NCBI RefSeq assembly: GCF_000181795.1
Contig: NW_003526941.1
Span: 310,001 to 374,000, forward strand
Source: Trichinella spiralis
Taxonomy: Eukaryota
Reading direction: 5' to 3'
DNA length: 64,000 bases
Within the stretch, counting starts at the first letter, position 1. Each line of letters begins with the position of its first letter. Shown here in pieces: positions 1-12,272 of this stretch. The notes beneath the pieces are model-generated. The model was not told the origin of the DNA. It did not search any database and worked only from the letters and a program-made list of their open reading frames with translations. The position numbers and the translations under genes were made by a program.

Positions 1-1782
1 ATTTTGCAAAGTTGCTTTAGTTTCCTCAACCAAAAACTTTTCCATTACAATTTTTTAAAAATAATTTTAACAATATTATAAGTACAACAGAAAATATAAG
101 CATTGTGATGGCTCAGCAAATACTTTACTTATAATTATTGTAGAAATGCAGAATACACATACATATATTTATAATTTGAAATATTTTCCTCTTTAATCTT
201 TAAATTCAAACTATCGTAAGTCTTACTCAGTTACAAAGAAAATTATATTTCACAAACAACAAAATAACGAAAAATAAAAATAAATGCTTAAAAAATATGA
301 CGACAACAATTATTAAAAATAACGTAATGCAATGAAATTTTTGAGCAAATAATAAATGCAACTTTTAATTTTTAAAATTGCCTCTAATTCTCATTTTCCT
401 TTGCTTCTCTTTTTCTTCACTATTCTGCTTGCATGTACATTAGCAAAGAGTTGCAACGGTCAATGTAGTATTAATTGCAAAAAAATAATTTTTTTCACGA
501 TAATTTTCAGTTTATGATTAACAAACAACGTAAACAGCTTGGTCAAACAACAAATGCTTCATTTAAGAAACATTTAAACCGGCTAAAACAAAGGATTGCA
601 AAGTATTCTTTCCTGAATTTGTATTGCCATCACAAACAAACAGAACCAAAGACTAGTAAAATAACTACGAAGAAAGTGAGAAAAAGAGAAAAAGTGAGAA
701 ACGGGCAGAAAAAAGCAATACCAATGCTAAAACAAAATATACGATAAATACAAATTATATATATATATATATGCATGTATTTTATTGTATGTGTAGAAGA
801 AAATAGTTTATGGGTGATATATATGTATAGTTGTGATATGAAAAACGACATTAGCCATTCACGCTATTTCACGCAGGCTAAATAAGTGGATGATTACGGC
901 AAAGTCGATTTGAAATATTGTCCAATCTGCTGTGTCGTTTCTGAAGACGTTGTTTACATTTAGAGTCACTAATGCCACACAGGTCCATACGGTTTATCAA
1001 ATATTTGCTAATCAGTTGGAGCCTATCGGGTGGTTGGTGTAGGCTGAGAGCACAGCAGACTCAATCTATTCAACAGGAAATTTCAGCTGCTAAACCAAGA
1101 CTAAGACTCCTCATTATAGACACACACACACACACATGCATGTATGCATATATACGTACATACATGTAAGTGCATATACAAAGAAAATGAAGATTGAATC
1201 GACAACAGTAATGATGAATGAAAAGCAAAAAAACACCCCCAAAAAGATCAGAGGTCAAAATTGAAGAAAAAAAGTCAGCTTTGACGGTAAAAAGAGAACG
1301 CTTTCATCCAGACCGCCCAAAGCCTCGAGGTCGAACAAACCTGAATAGAACCCCTGACCTCGACCAATCTGCAACTCGTTATCGACTGCTGACACAGTGC
1401 GAATATCATCCGAATAATCGCTAAATCGACCGTGTGAGATGCTGCTTTATTGTGCGCTTCTTCCTGCAAGCTGTAATATTTTTCCGTCTGTAATCTCATC
1501 TATCAATGTCAACACAGAATGCTGACTTGGGACGATTTGCTTTAATCGTTTGACGTCGGCCTCCGGTACTCAGTGACTCGAGCCTGGCTTCGCTGAACGA
1601 GCGCGACCGACAACATTGACACTGTGCTTTTTCTTCAATTTCTTCTCTTGTTTATTCATTAATTAATTAATTAATTGTGCTCGCGAAAAAAAATCCCTAC
1701 TCACATTTCATGCTAACACTAGCAGTGTCAATTTCCCTTTTCAGGACACTATCCATGACGTGATGATAATATACCATGCCAG

Positions 1783-4700
1783 ATGACCAGCTACAATTCA
1801 GCTCCAATTCTACGTCACTGCTGGATTTTAACTGTTTATTCAATTTTGACTTGCCTAGCTACACCTGCCGGTTCTATCGCCTGGTGGTAAGTGATCGACT
1901 TTTCTATTTGCATTTGCATTTGCATTTGTATTTTTCAACCCTCTCCTTCTTCTTCTCTCACCTCAACCATTACTCATTACAACTCTTAACGCTGAATGTC
2001 AACACTTCATTTCTGCAAACAGTAACAAATTTCACATTTTACACTCTCTCATACATTTACCTGCTATGAAATGAGAAAATGCAATTCATAATACTGCTTC
2101 CCTCTTTGAACATTTTCACTGACCGTCTAACTATTGACAGAGATGAACTGATAAAAATTGATCTCTCTATAACTTGATGACCAATTTCCGACCGAGAGGG
2201 GTAGTAAAGAGGTACTTTAATGTTTACCAGATAATACATGTAACCTTTCTGTGATAGACTTTCAACTGTATCATAATCGAACCAAAATATTAGCAGCTAG
2301 CTAGTTATCTGTAACGAGGTTTCAATCTTCGCAAAAAAAATTCCCCATTTGAGAAGGAAATGAATACCATATTTCTCCATTAAACAGCACAATTGCCTAC
2401 GGACTGTTATCCTTGAAAAGTAGCCAAAAATAGATTGTTCGTGTTTCAATCTGTCCAAAATGCTCAATGGTGGTGAATAATTGGTCCACAGAGGCAACGT
2501 TTCACCAGAAGCAATTACTTGCATATGGCAGCTGAAAATTTTCTCCAACTGACATTAACATACATTTTCCATTGAAAATGTTGGCATTTTTAATATTGCA
2601 AATTTACAAATTACCCATTTTCCTTTTCTTCCAAACAAACGCATTCATCTTCATTTAAAAAATAATATTCATATCATAAAAAATTAGAAAACTGTCCACA
2701 GTAAAATGAAAAATGAAAGACTTCTCTAATAATAACCAACAAAAAAGGAGGGGCCAAAATAAAATACACACACGCACAGATACAAATGGATATAAAAAGC
2801 AATGATATTTCTATTTGGCGTTTATATCTGCTGAAGAAGAGGTGATTACTTAATTCATTACCTTTCAAAAATGAACATTTTACAGTGATTTAAAAATTTT
2901 ACAATGCAAAGCACAAAACTGTTTGCACACTAGTCCATGCTACCTCAGCGTGATCATTGTTGACATGAAATGAATAAATATTAATTAAATTTGTTCTCAG
3001 TAGCTTTCTTCAGAATAAATTGATTGCAAACAAAAAAAATTTTATTTTTGCTATCAGAAAACTATTTTTCCTAATAATTAATTATTGCATTTCAAGGTCT
3101 ACAATAGCGCAACTTTCAGCGCATGCGCCCAAAGCTGACAACGGATTATCATCTGCACCTAGTCATCGTGCTTTGTGCGCCCAGTTGGAAGGTCTCAGTC
3201 CGGGCCAAGCGCGCATCTGTGAATTATTCGTAGACCATATGCCAGTTGTTGGCTTTGGTGTAAAAAATTCGATAGAAGAATGCCAATGGCAATTTCGCTA
3301 TCGTCGATGGAACTGCTCCAATCCCAACACCGGTCAAACTATAGGACCGGTACATGCCTTGGGTATGTATTGAAACTTTTGTCAAGTAAAATTAACAGTT
3401 TAAAAATTAAAAAAATATTTTCAAACACTGAATAATAATAATAATGCATATAATATATGCTTGACATTTTGGGAATAATCTTGTCGAATTGATTATCACT
3501 GCGCGTTGCAGTTTCCACACTAGTCATTATTGAACAGTCGTTAAACAAACGAATCTATTGTTTATTATTTTTAAATTTGTTCACCATGAAATATAGCATA
3601 TATACGTCAGCAATTCAAATATTTTTTGCATTCAAATCGAGTAGTTTATGTCATCACTCATATTACAAATAAAAAAACAAAAACAAAAAATTATTGTTAC
3701 GGCTTAACAAAAATCAGTTTCATCCAATTATTCTCATTCCAAATTTCACTAGCTAGTAAATATTTTGCAAAATTTATCAATCAACAAACACCATCAACGG
3801 CCCAATGAGGAAATTTCATTGTCATTTATTCTGAGATTGATGACAAGAGATATCTAATTTCCAGCATTAACATTAGCGCTAATTAAATGTATACTGATAA
3901 ATTAGGTTGTCAAATTTTGAAAATGAAATTTCAATATGAACTTTAATTTCAAATTCTATTGAGAAAACTGATGAGAAATAATAATAATAATTATTATTAT
4001 ATGGAAATAGATGTTCACTTGATGTGGACATGTTTAAAATTAATGCTGAATTCAGGTACACCAGAAGCAGCGTTTACGTACGCGATGCTTTCGGCTGGGG
4101 TTGCACATGAAATTAGCAGAACGTGCCGTTTGGGACTGTTGAGCAGCTGCGGTTGCAACCAAGAAAAGCGTCCGCCAAATTTACAAAGATCTTGGATGTG
4201 GGGAGGATGTGGTGATAATATCCACTATGGATGTCAATTTACTCAAAATTTTATCGATATCTGCGAACGTGAAAGAGACTATCCAAAAAATACCAAAGAA
4301 TATGCAAAATCACTGATGAACCGCTGGAACAATGAAGTTGGCAGAAAGGTAAATCAATTCATTTGCAATTAAGCTGCATTATAAATTGTCTAAGCTAGCC
4401 AATAATTACAAAATAGGCAATTCATTGATTTGATATAAAAATTAAAATTATATGTTTAATAAACAACGCTCTCAAAAAATAAAGAAATTTCTGTCGTCAA
4501 AAGCAGTTAATAAAATACAAATTACAAATTATTATTACTAACCATATTTTTGTAAAATGCAAATTTAAAATAACAATTGTAAAGTTATTCAAATATTTTT
4601 AACACGTAAAACTGAAAATTCTAATATCATTTCAAAAGTATAAAAGAAAAATAGTCTCTTCTTCTTGAATAAACTGTCGAAGTCGATATAGCAAAGATGT

Positions 4701-5528
4701 ACTTTACTAATGACGTAAAGCGTGTAAATATGATAAAAGAAAAATGCAATAAAAAGAAGTTAAAATAAATAAGTTAGATAAGTTTAAGATAAAGTAAATA
4801 AATACATTTAATGCTATAAAAACATACCAGAAATATTTAATGGTATTTATTTGGAACAACTTAGTGAAATGAAAAATCAGAAACATAGATTACTGATTAA
4901 AATTCATGTATGCATTTTAAATGATAAAATTAATTTCTCTATATTGTTGGAACAAATAGCATTAAATATTTCTATTTATTATTGTTAAATAATTATCATT
5001 ACTGTTATAAAACAGTATAAGCATGTATATGTGTAGCATGTATTGTTTCTTATTATTGCTTTTAAGGTAATCAAAAGAAAATCTCGGGTGACATGCAAAT
5101 GCCACGGTGTTAGTGGTTCTTGTAGTTTGAAAACTTGTTGGAAACAGGCACCAAGTATTCGAGAGCTGGGCCAAATATTACTCGACCGTTATGATACAGC
5201 AGTACGTGTGAAAATCAATCGACGTGGCAATTTACAACTGGTGAAAAATGGTAAAAAGCGTCGAGCTGCTCAAATGGACCTTGTATACCTGGATGATCCC
5301 CCAGATTATTGTCGGTATGATGAGAAAAGCAGCACCGCTGGTACAGAAGGTCGAGAATGTAACAAAACTGGCCACGGAATGGAAAGCTGTGAATTGCTCT
5401 GCTGTGGCCGTGGTTACAACACCTTCAAAAAGGTGGTGACGGAGAAGTGTGAATGCAAGTTTGTCTGGTGCTGCAGAGTTGCTTGCAAAACATGTCAAAC
5501 AAAAATCGAAGTGCACAAATGCAAATGA
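1783..5528 (+). CDS. wnt5: Wnt ligand, Wnt5/cwn-2 class (4 exons: 1783-1886, 3097-3362, 4056-4348, 5067-5528; 374 aa)
   Basis: The spliced product starts with a signal-peptide-like MTSYNSAPILRHCWILTVYSILTCLATPAGSIAWW. It carries Wnt motifs ECQWQFRYRRWNCS, WMWGGCGDN, CKCHGVSGSCSLKTCW, CCGRGY and CKFVWCC. All introns are GT-AG and phases agree (1125 nt total). LCAQLEGLSPGQARICELFVDHM resembles Wnt5; the subfamily call is by eye. Confidence 0.93.
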
Positions 5529-7252
5529 TTGCTTGAGAGCCGAAACAAAAGGCAGCAGACCATTTCTGCCATTCTTCCAATCCCGAGTCAACCTACTGCC
5601 AAAGCCGGGCATCAGGGTTCAGTGTAAATCTGTTAACGGCATGACAAATTCTCTGTTCCGCTTCTGCTCGCATTTAATATCCCCATCCACAAGCAATAGT
5701 CGTCGCACATCTCTCTTCTTTCTTTTTTGCCAGCCAAAATGATCTCCGTCACTCCCGCATAGCAAATACAGATAAATTAGCATTAATAATTACATAATCG
5801 AAAAGAAAACTGCTGCTCTTGTTGTTACAAAATGATAAAATCTACTTCCGTCTGTCGTATGTTGCTGTTATTTGTCTGTCCTTTTATATCCTTGAAACCA
5901 GAGTGTTGTGGAAATTGTTTTTATTTGTCGTGCTAACTGTTGATTCTTCAATAGAGCAATCTGCATACTTTCACTGGCTTCAATCAACAGAAATTTTTAG
6001 CGCTGGCTTGTTTGTCTGTACGATAAAAATTCTATCTCTCAAGCGGTAGTGATTTTCGTCCAATCCTGCAGGATGAACGTTAATTTTCTCAAACCGAAAC
6101 AATCAACTCAGTTGTTCGAAAAGACCACACAAATTGTGATGCAAACAATAAAAGTTGTTTTATTTTTAAATTACGTTCATTTCCAATTATTTTTATATTA
6201 CTTCAAACAATTTAAAATATACAATGAATTGAACATTTCATTTGTCAAAAATAATTGTACACAATAATTATTACGAAATGCTACATTCATTCCATTTTCA
6301 GATGAAAAATAAAACGCACCAAGTAAACTGTACTATACAAAAATGTACACATCAAATTAGTAAAATTTACCAACCGCTGTTTCTTAACAGAAAAATAGCA
6401 AACAACTCACAAATTCCTTACAGTTAGATGTTAATAAAAAGTTGTCGTGCACACCATATTCTCCAACTTTGCATATTGTAATATTTACGTTAATATACAA
6501 CAAATGTTTATAAAGCTATTCAAACAAAGTTAACCAAAAAACACCACAATATACAAGCAAAGATACATCTTAAAGATCTAACGCCCAATTTCTTCATATT
6601 AATTTTACACAGACATTAACAAACTATAACAACAAACAAAAAAGATAAAATATCTTACCTGAATCATCAGCTATTAACGATTTGACAAATCTGGACGATC
6701 TTCGTACTGCATTTCAACGCCACCATTTTTGAGATAACGTTTAAAATGTAAAAAATGCATATCAAACTAAATTAAAATAAGACGTCGTGTAAACTTTAAC
6801 AAATGTTGTCATTCTCATTTTCATGCATCGCACCAGAAGAAACTGAACAAGCCATTTCATGTACATGCCAAATTCATAAATTTTCGTTACAGTAATTATT
6901 GATGTTCATGCTTAATTATATGATGACGTCCTGAACAGTTTTTTTATCATGATTTTCTTAAAATACTTTAATTCAACAAAATCATTTAAGTATTTTGGGG
7001 TTATTATGGTTATTTTGAAAATATTTTGAAAATAACTATCATGTGAATGTACAAAATGTGATCATTTGTTTATTTCAAAAGTTTGGCTATTTATATGGAC
7101 TTTATGTGCTGCAGAATGAAAGTTTCAAAAATATTTTTTTCCATCAGCACCAATTCATATAATATAATATAAAAAAGAATAATAAAGAATATAAAAAAAT
7201 ATTCGTTCTTACAAAATAACATATACAGTAAGTAATGAAGAGCGGAATTTAT

Positions 7253-8023
7253 TCAAAAACCTTCAATTGGAAGCCAACTAAAAAGTTCAAGTTGAAGTTG
7301 CGCATCGAGCTGGTCCAATTCTTTAATTGAACGGACAAACTGATCATTCATGCTAGCCTTAATCACCACTTCATCACAACCACGGCATCGCAACGAAACA
7401 ATACGTTCCAATTCGTCGACAACGAAAGTAGCAATTGAACGTTCGATTTGTCTAAACTTTACCAATATACGATGAAATTGCAGTAACCAACGTGTTTTGG
7501 GATCATTTACACGACACTGGCCAAACTGAGTTTGAACAAACTCATCAACATAGACAACTTTCTCATCCAACAATTCCAAAGCTGGACGTACTTCAGTTTG
7601 GAGTTTGAGAAGTTCATCTTCGGCAGGAAATTGATTTTCCAATACAATATGACGATGATCTTCAATTAAATGAATTATACGGTCGAGTTCTTTGAAAAAA
7701 TGAACACAGGTCTGCTCTAAAATATTTCGCTTCAACGGTGGCAATCTACTAGTCCTCTGTTGAGCCATTTTCGCAGCAGCTTCATCTTCAGCTTTATTAG
7801 CTTCAGTTTCCGCATCAGCTCCGACGCTCAAACTTTTCAAACTCGACGTCCAACAACTGTCTACTGATGAATTTTCTTCATTTTTTTCATCCATTGTTTC
7901 AAAAACTGCACTATTTGTTTCTTTGGAACTAATTGCTGAATATGCCCTACCGTAGGAATTACTGTACAAGCTGTTCACTGATCCAAGTAAATTCTTCTTC
8001 ACAAAGTTGTTGCTGTTGCTCAT
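7253..8023 (-). CDS. Intronless hypothetical protein, 256 aa; low-complexity N-terminus plus predicted helical-bundle C-terminus
   Basis: A 771-nt open frame from ATG 8023 in very AT-rich DNA, with protein-like composition. An acceptor-like TGATCAG lies 10 nt upstream of the ATG (AG at 8035-8034) and a GTAAGT donor at 8473 suggests a non-coding first exon. The family was not recognised with certainty. Confidence 0.75.
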   Translation of the reverse strand: MSNSNNFVKKNLLGSVNSLYSNSYGRAYSAISSKETNSAVFETMDEKNEENSSVDSCWTSSLKSLSVGADAETEANKAEDEAAAKMAQQRTSRLPPLKRNILEQTCVHFFKELDRIIHLIEDHRHIVLENQFPAEDELLKLQTEVRPALELLDEKVVYVDEFVQTQFGQCRVNDPKTRWLLQFHRILVKFRQIERSIATFVVDELERIVSLRCRGCDEVVIKASMNDQFVRSIKELDQLDAQLQLELFSWLPIEGF

Positions 8024-9040
8024 TGCTTGTCTTCTGATCAGTGAAGAATACAAAGTGCAAAACTGAATCAAAAATCAAATGCAACTGAACAATCAACTGA
8101 ACCGACATCAAGTTATACTTGAACGACAAAATGAACGTCATTTCTACAGAAACATCGTTTCATTGTCAATTTCAATTCCTGTGTTCTTAATTGTTTTAGC
8201 CAACGGCAATGTATCGTCAAGAATATACATATACATATATATATATGTGAACGTTTATTGGTAAATAGCCTTGGTGAATGAAAAAAACTAAGAAATATTC
8301 GGTCATCAACATCTGACATAAATTTATCATTAACGAAAACTTCTTTCGTTATTTTCGCATTAAATTTTTCACAACATACGAAACATTTCAAAAATTCATG
8401 ATTTATTAATTTATGTAACTTCATATGCACGAATTAGCTTTTTTTCCTACAGATTGCTCCCCTTAATACTTACTCTCAACTTGGCGATTCGACGATTAGG
8501 CGATAAAACGTTTCAATTCGCGATCATTAGCGCTTCAACTTGCCTATTTCAGGGTCATCTGCTTCACCCAGATTTCTTATAATTCATTGATTAATGGTTG
8601 CAATTACACTTCCAGCAAAATACGATCATACAAATAAATAACCATGAATTAAAATTTATCTACTCATGAAATTTGCTCTATAATATTGTATCAATTTATT
8701 TTCAGACAATGACACAGACAAGATTCAAATTCCTCCATCAATTCGTATATAGCTACTAATTTTTTAATGTTGTTCTACAAAGAAATTACTCGCATTAAAG
8801 GCACAGTGCAAAATTCTGCAGTTCACGTCAACGCCAAATATAGCCATTAACAAATGACAAATACTTAAATACGAAATCATAGAAGATATTTATTGAAATG
8901 ACTCAAATATAAACAGAAAATGCATATTTAGAAATCTGAATTTCACAAAATGATCAAGCCCATATAAATCTCAATACAATTTTCTAAAAATATCACAAAT
9001 ACCAATAATCTTATTCTTAATGCAAAAGAAAATTTACACA

Positions 9041-9427
9041 CTATTTACTTTTTACTGATGCCTCCTGCTCTTGCTTCTCTATTGCCAAACAATAATTTTT
9101 ATTTACTGGATATCGCTTATACGTACCACATACTTTACAATGGATTTTCAGATTTGCTCGGCCCATTTTACATATTTTTATATTTGCATTTTTCAAATGA
9201 GGAAGCAGTAATGCATGGCATTTTTTACAGAATGTTCGTTTCATTTCTGGGTGCAATTTCACTTGTGCCTTTTGCTTAACCAAAACCATGGTGTTTGAAT
9301 AAAAATGAGAAAGAGTTTTCATCGCATCATTTTCAACGTTTGATACCAATGAAGCAGCAAGATATAAGAAATTGACGCGCTGATACATCGGTGATAATTC
9401 ATTACTCCTATTCTTCTTTTTCTTCAT
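9041..9427 (-). CDS. rpp21: RNase P protein subunit Rpp21/Rpr2 (intronless, 128 aa; alternative start Met at 9388)
   Basis: QRVNFLYLAA N-terminal motif, KRTFCKKC...HCKVCG zinc-ribbon CxxC pairs and C-terminal KRYP, typical of the Rpr2/Rpp21 family. AATAAA on the minus strand at 8894-8889. Confidence 0.92.
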   Translation of the reverse strand: MKKKKNRSNELSPMYQRVNFLYLAASLVSNVENDAMKTLSHFYSNTMVLVKQKAQVKLHPEMKRTFCKKCHALLLPHLKNANIKICKMGRANLKIHCKVCGTYKRYPVNKNYCLAIEKQEQEASVKSK

Positions 9428-10009
9428 TGTAATTCAACCAGTAATCAGCACTTTCTATTAAATCTAGTTGCTCTTTTGTTTTCTCAATGAACTGGGTACT
9501 AAAGAAATGGTGTCTTAAAGAATAAGTATCAAACTAATATGTTTTTTACTTTTCGGCAGTATTTTTCAATCTAAAAGTACATTAAATAACCATAACAATT
9601 AATCAATAACTAATTACTTACACGGATATAAGCTTTGTTGATGCAAAATCCAGCTGTTTCAAACTCTAAATTATGCATAAACAATACAATACAATACAAT
9701 AATAATAAATAAGAAAAAAAAATACAGCTATTGAATTATGCAAGCAAGCTTCATGTTGAACGGAGCTTCGAACTGTTGAATGAAGAATCTAAAAGAAAAG
9801 AATATTCGCAATTATTAATTAAAATATTCTAAAGACAGTGATATAACAATATTTAAATATGCCATGAAACCGAAACAAAATAAATTATTTACCTCCGATG
9901 AATGAGAACTTTTAATTATTTGCGATAAAGCAGCTCCAAATGAAGAAACTGATTCATGAGCTTTAGCTTCGAGAATACTTTTCCCTTCAGAAGAAAGCCG
10001 ACGTGGCAT
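9408..10009 (-). CDS. borcs7: BLOC-1-related complex subunit 7 (BORCS7)-like protein (5 exons: 10009-9893, 9788-9726, 9665-9622, 9570-9550, 9498-9408; 111 aa)
   Basis: Spliced product: MPRRLSSEGKSILEAKAHESVSSFGAALSQIIKSSHSSE/ILHSTVRSSVQHEACLHNSIA/SLKQLDFASTKLISV/LKNTAEN/TQFIEKTKEQLDLIESADYWLNYNEEKEE*. By eye it is colinear with BORCS7 as I recall it (K..L.EKV...QVLKGSRSSELL..AARN...E.A...S..SL.KM). The four GT-AG introns are 104, 60, 51 and 51 nt with consistent phases (336 nt total). The last two exons are less certain than the first three. Confidence 0.8.
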
Positions 10010-10536
10010 CAAAAGTTTCGACAAAACACTTATCTTGCATACTGTAAGTAATTCAAGTTAACTTAATATTTTTTTTAATAATTAAAAATTCATTTTCGGA
10101 AATTGAATAATGTAAAACAATTGTATTATTAGACTAAATGTAGCAAATACAAAAGCATTTTTTGAATTAAAGCAAATTATGGAATGTCGGTTAATTACAG
10201 TAAACAATGTCTTTTGAAAATAGGTTTTCAGTTTATCGAAAATAGTGAAATTTTATGAGATGTGAAAAAAGCACTTTCAGTATTGTAGCAAAGATTTCAA
10301 AATCGAGGAATACAATTGCTAGTACGAACTGAATATTTCTTAGAACCTACATGACATTCAAAAATGAATACTCTTTGTTTGAATGTAATATTGATCTGGC
10401 CGGTCATCTGTACGCGTTCTCAGGCTGTGATGATTCATCAAGATGAGTCATAGTTCAGCTGGATTTACCATATTTACAAAGAAATTGTTTTAGCGATAAA
10501 CGTGTCTGTTTGTTAGATCAGATTTAAATTTTCATC

Positions 10537-12272
10537 ATGTCTCACCAAAGTGGAATTCGTTGTGAGTAGTTTCACATTTAATTTAAAATAACATATTCTT
10601 GAAATTAAATTTTATATGTTTTAATAATTATGAAAAATGATTTTTAGCTTCGACTGAATTAGTTCAATTTTTCACTTCATGTAAAGAGGGTAATATACGT
10701 CTTGCCAAAATCAAAATTCAAGATGGTACAATTTTTATTTCTGCCATATTGTCGATTATATCTATTATCTTATTTAAGAAAAGCTTATTTTGGCTTGCCA
10801 GTTTGCAGTACGTTCCACTTGGGATAAAGATTATGAATCTTACATTGAAGAATGTCTAGCCGATGAACACGCGTGTTATATTCTTGCCAGACTTGATACA
10901 CAACCAACGTCAGGCTTCGATTGGTTATTTTTATCTTACATTTCGGAAAATGCCCCTGTAAAATTTTTAATTTTTATAATAATATGATAAATATGCATTT
11001 GAAAGAATACTTTAGGTGAAAGAAAAAATGCTTTACGCGTCTACAAAAGCTACACTAAAGGGAGAGTTTGGATCTGGCTCAGTTAAATACGATTTTCAAG
11101 TCACTCAAAGAGTATGCCGATAAATTTGATTGAATTTTTATAAGCTAAAATTTGAAAATTTAGGAAGAAATGGATTTACATTCTCTTCACCGTTTAATTA
11201 ACCAAAAAGATGCGGGTGGTGGGCCCTTAACTGAATTAGAAGAACAGATGAAGAGCACACACGTTAATCAGCATTGTGTGAATTCGTTTCCAGGCTACGA
11301 GACAGCTGTTGTTCGTGGAGTCCGTTTCCCTGTTGATCAAGATGCTTTACAAAACTTGTGCCGCTTACGAGATGGCGAGATCAACTATGTGCAATTGGTA
11401 AATGGAAATGTTATGTGCGTCGTTTCTATTATTCTAACAACATTAATTTTGAAGTCTATCGATACACTGAACGAAGTGATTAAATTAGTTACTGCTGACA
11501 ACATTCCTTCCAATCGTATTAGCGAATGGATCCCTCCGAAGTCACCACGTTATCATTTCTACGCACCAAAGCTCACAAAAGCGGCTAATGTCATAATCTT
11601 TATTTATTCAATACCACCTAACGGTTGCACAGTCAAGGAGCGAATGTTATACAGTAGCTGCAAAGGTCCTTTTCTGGATACCGTGCAGCAGGTTGTTGGT
11701 TTAAAAGTTGATCGAAAAGTAAGCCAATGACATTTGTTTGCTGAGCTGCTCAATTATTAACAAGCTTACAAATAGTTTCATAGAACTTGTTTGCATAAAA
11801 CTTGCTTAGCTAGTAGACTCTTTCTTGTGAATCACTTTTATTGGTTTAACATGGGCCCTATTTGTTCAGGATGATTAATTTATTGTAAAAATTTATGTAA
11901 AGTGGTTTGCTTAATATTGTATTTCTTGTAAATTTCTTCAGTAATGAACAATGTTGATTATTCTGTTATCCTATTATAGCTCACGTTTCATATTTTATCG
12001 AATCACTACAAATGTTATATATACTGTAGTACAGTAAGGTATCGCAGGTTCAAACTTCTTTGTAATATATGATGAATTGTAAAGAGTTATAAAATTGCAG
12101 ACTGACTTGATACGTTAGTATGTTTCAGATTGAAATCGACAGCTCTGAGGATGTAAATGATGAATTTTTGATTGGAGAAGATATTTCTGTGAAGCAACAC
12201 CAGAAGTTTTCGAGGCCAAAAGGCCCGAAGAAGCAACGAGGCGATCCAAGAATTCATAAAACTCCCTCCTGA
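10537..12272 (+). CDS. twf: Twinfilin (two ADF-H domains; 7 exons: 10537-10561, 10648-10725, 10779-10957, 11016-11111, 11164-11397, 11455-11718, 12129-12272; 339 aa)
   Basis: MSHQSGIR start, PVKEKMLYASTKATLKGEFG, PLTELEE, PRYHFY, TVKERMLYSSCK and the C-terminal tail KFSRPKGP. All introns are GT-AG. Confidence 0.95.

Noticed and set aside
1776..2069. 97-aa ORF as the Wnt first exon
   Set aside because: Wrong frame. The ATG at 1783 gives a signal-peptide-like sequence and the correct phase to exon 2.
6655..6745. Minus-strand exon-like segment with a CAG|GTAAGA donor, possibly antisense to Wnt
   Set aside because: ATG-started frames stop before the donor and no partner exon was found. It cannot be supported without transcript data.
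12068..12106. Possible C/D-box snoRNA in the last twinfilin intron (ATGATGA...CTGA)
   Set aside because: The boxes are under 40 nt apart, with no terminal stem or recognisable rRNA guide.
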